Source: Armatimonadota bacterium
GTDB taxonomy: Bacteria; Armatimonadota; UBA5829; DTLH01
Length of the DNA: 38,747 nucleotides
NCBI GenBank assembly: GCA_039679675.1
Contig: JBDKUN010000026.1
Span: forward strand, 1-38,747
Direction: 5' to 3'
This document shows positions 38,633-38,747 of the stretch, piece after piece. A program made the position numbers and the translations under genes. How positions within the stretch are numbered: the first letter of the stretch is position 1; each line of letters opens with the position of its first letter. Under the pieces are notes generated by a model. The model was given only the letters and a program-made list of their open reading frames with translations, was not told the DNA's origin and ran no database searches.

Positions 38633-38747
38633 GGTAAACCCCCGGCTATGCCGGGGAGACTCCCAGAGTTTGACATATACAGGAGTCGTCCATCATTCTT
38701 TTTCAGGAACCGCACAAAGTTTCTGAAAAGGAGGAAAAATGGACGAC
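38633..38747 (+). mobile_element. Probable left end of an IS200/IS605-family element with the start of tnpA (ATG 38739, truncated by the window)
   Basis: Subterminal hairpin CCCCGGC-TAT-GCCGGGG (38640-38656), GACTCC/GGAGTC stem, and a third hairpin overlapping SD AAGGAGG before ATG GAC GAC; transposase itself not visible. Confidence 0.6.

Overview
Bacterial chromosomal segment of moderate GC. Taxonomy cannot be fixed from sequence alone. UGA is a normal stop here. 1-20462 (+): the 3' end of tuf, then the S10-spc-alpha ribosomal protein supercluster through rpoA-rplQ-truA-rplM-rpsI. This part has several non-standard features: an EF-G II paralogue inserted between rplE and rpsZ, a terminator and promoter splitting the spc block before rpsH, an L22 with an N-terminal S3-like KH domain, and heptamer-repeat hairpins in the spacers. 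20784-23187 (+): SH3-NlpC/P60 hydrolase, rubrerythrin and a GNAT acetyltransferase. 38350-23439 (-): a nine-gene uncharacterised envelope operon (exported GATase-like membrane protein, ABC ATPase, two ABC-2 permeases, a coiled-coil membrane protein, MoxR AAA+, DUF58, two VWA proteins). The top finding is that the coiled-coil gene has a single in-frame UGA followed by a bacterial SECIS-like hairpin, making it a candidate new selenoprotein. The window ends in what looks like the left end of an IS200/IS605-type element.
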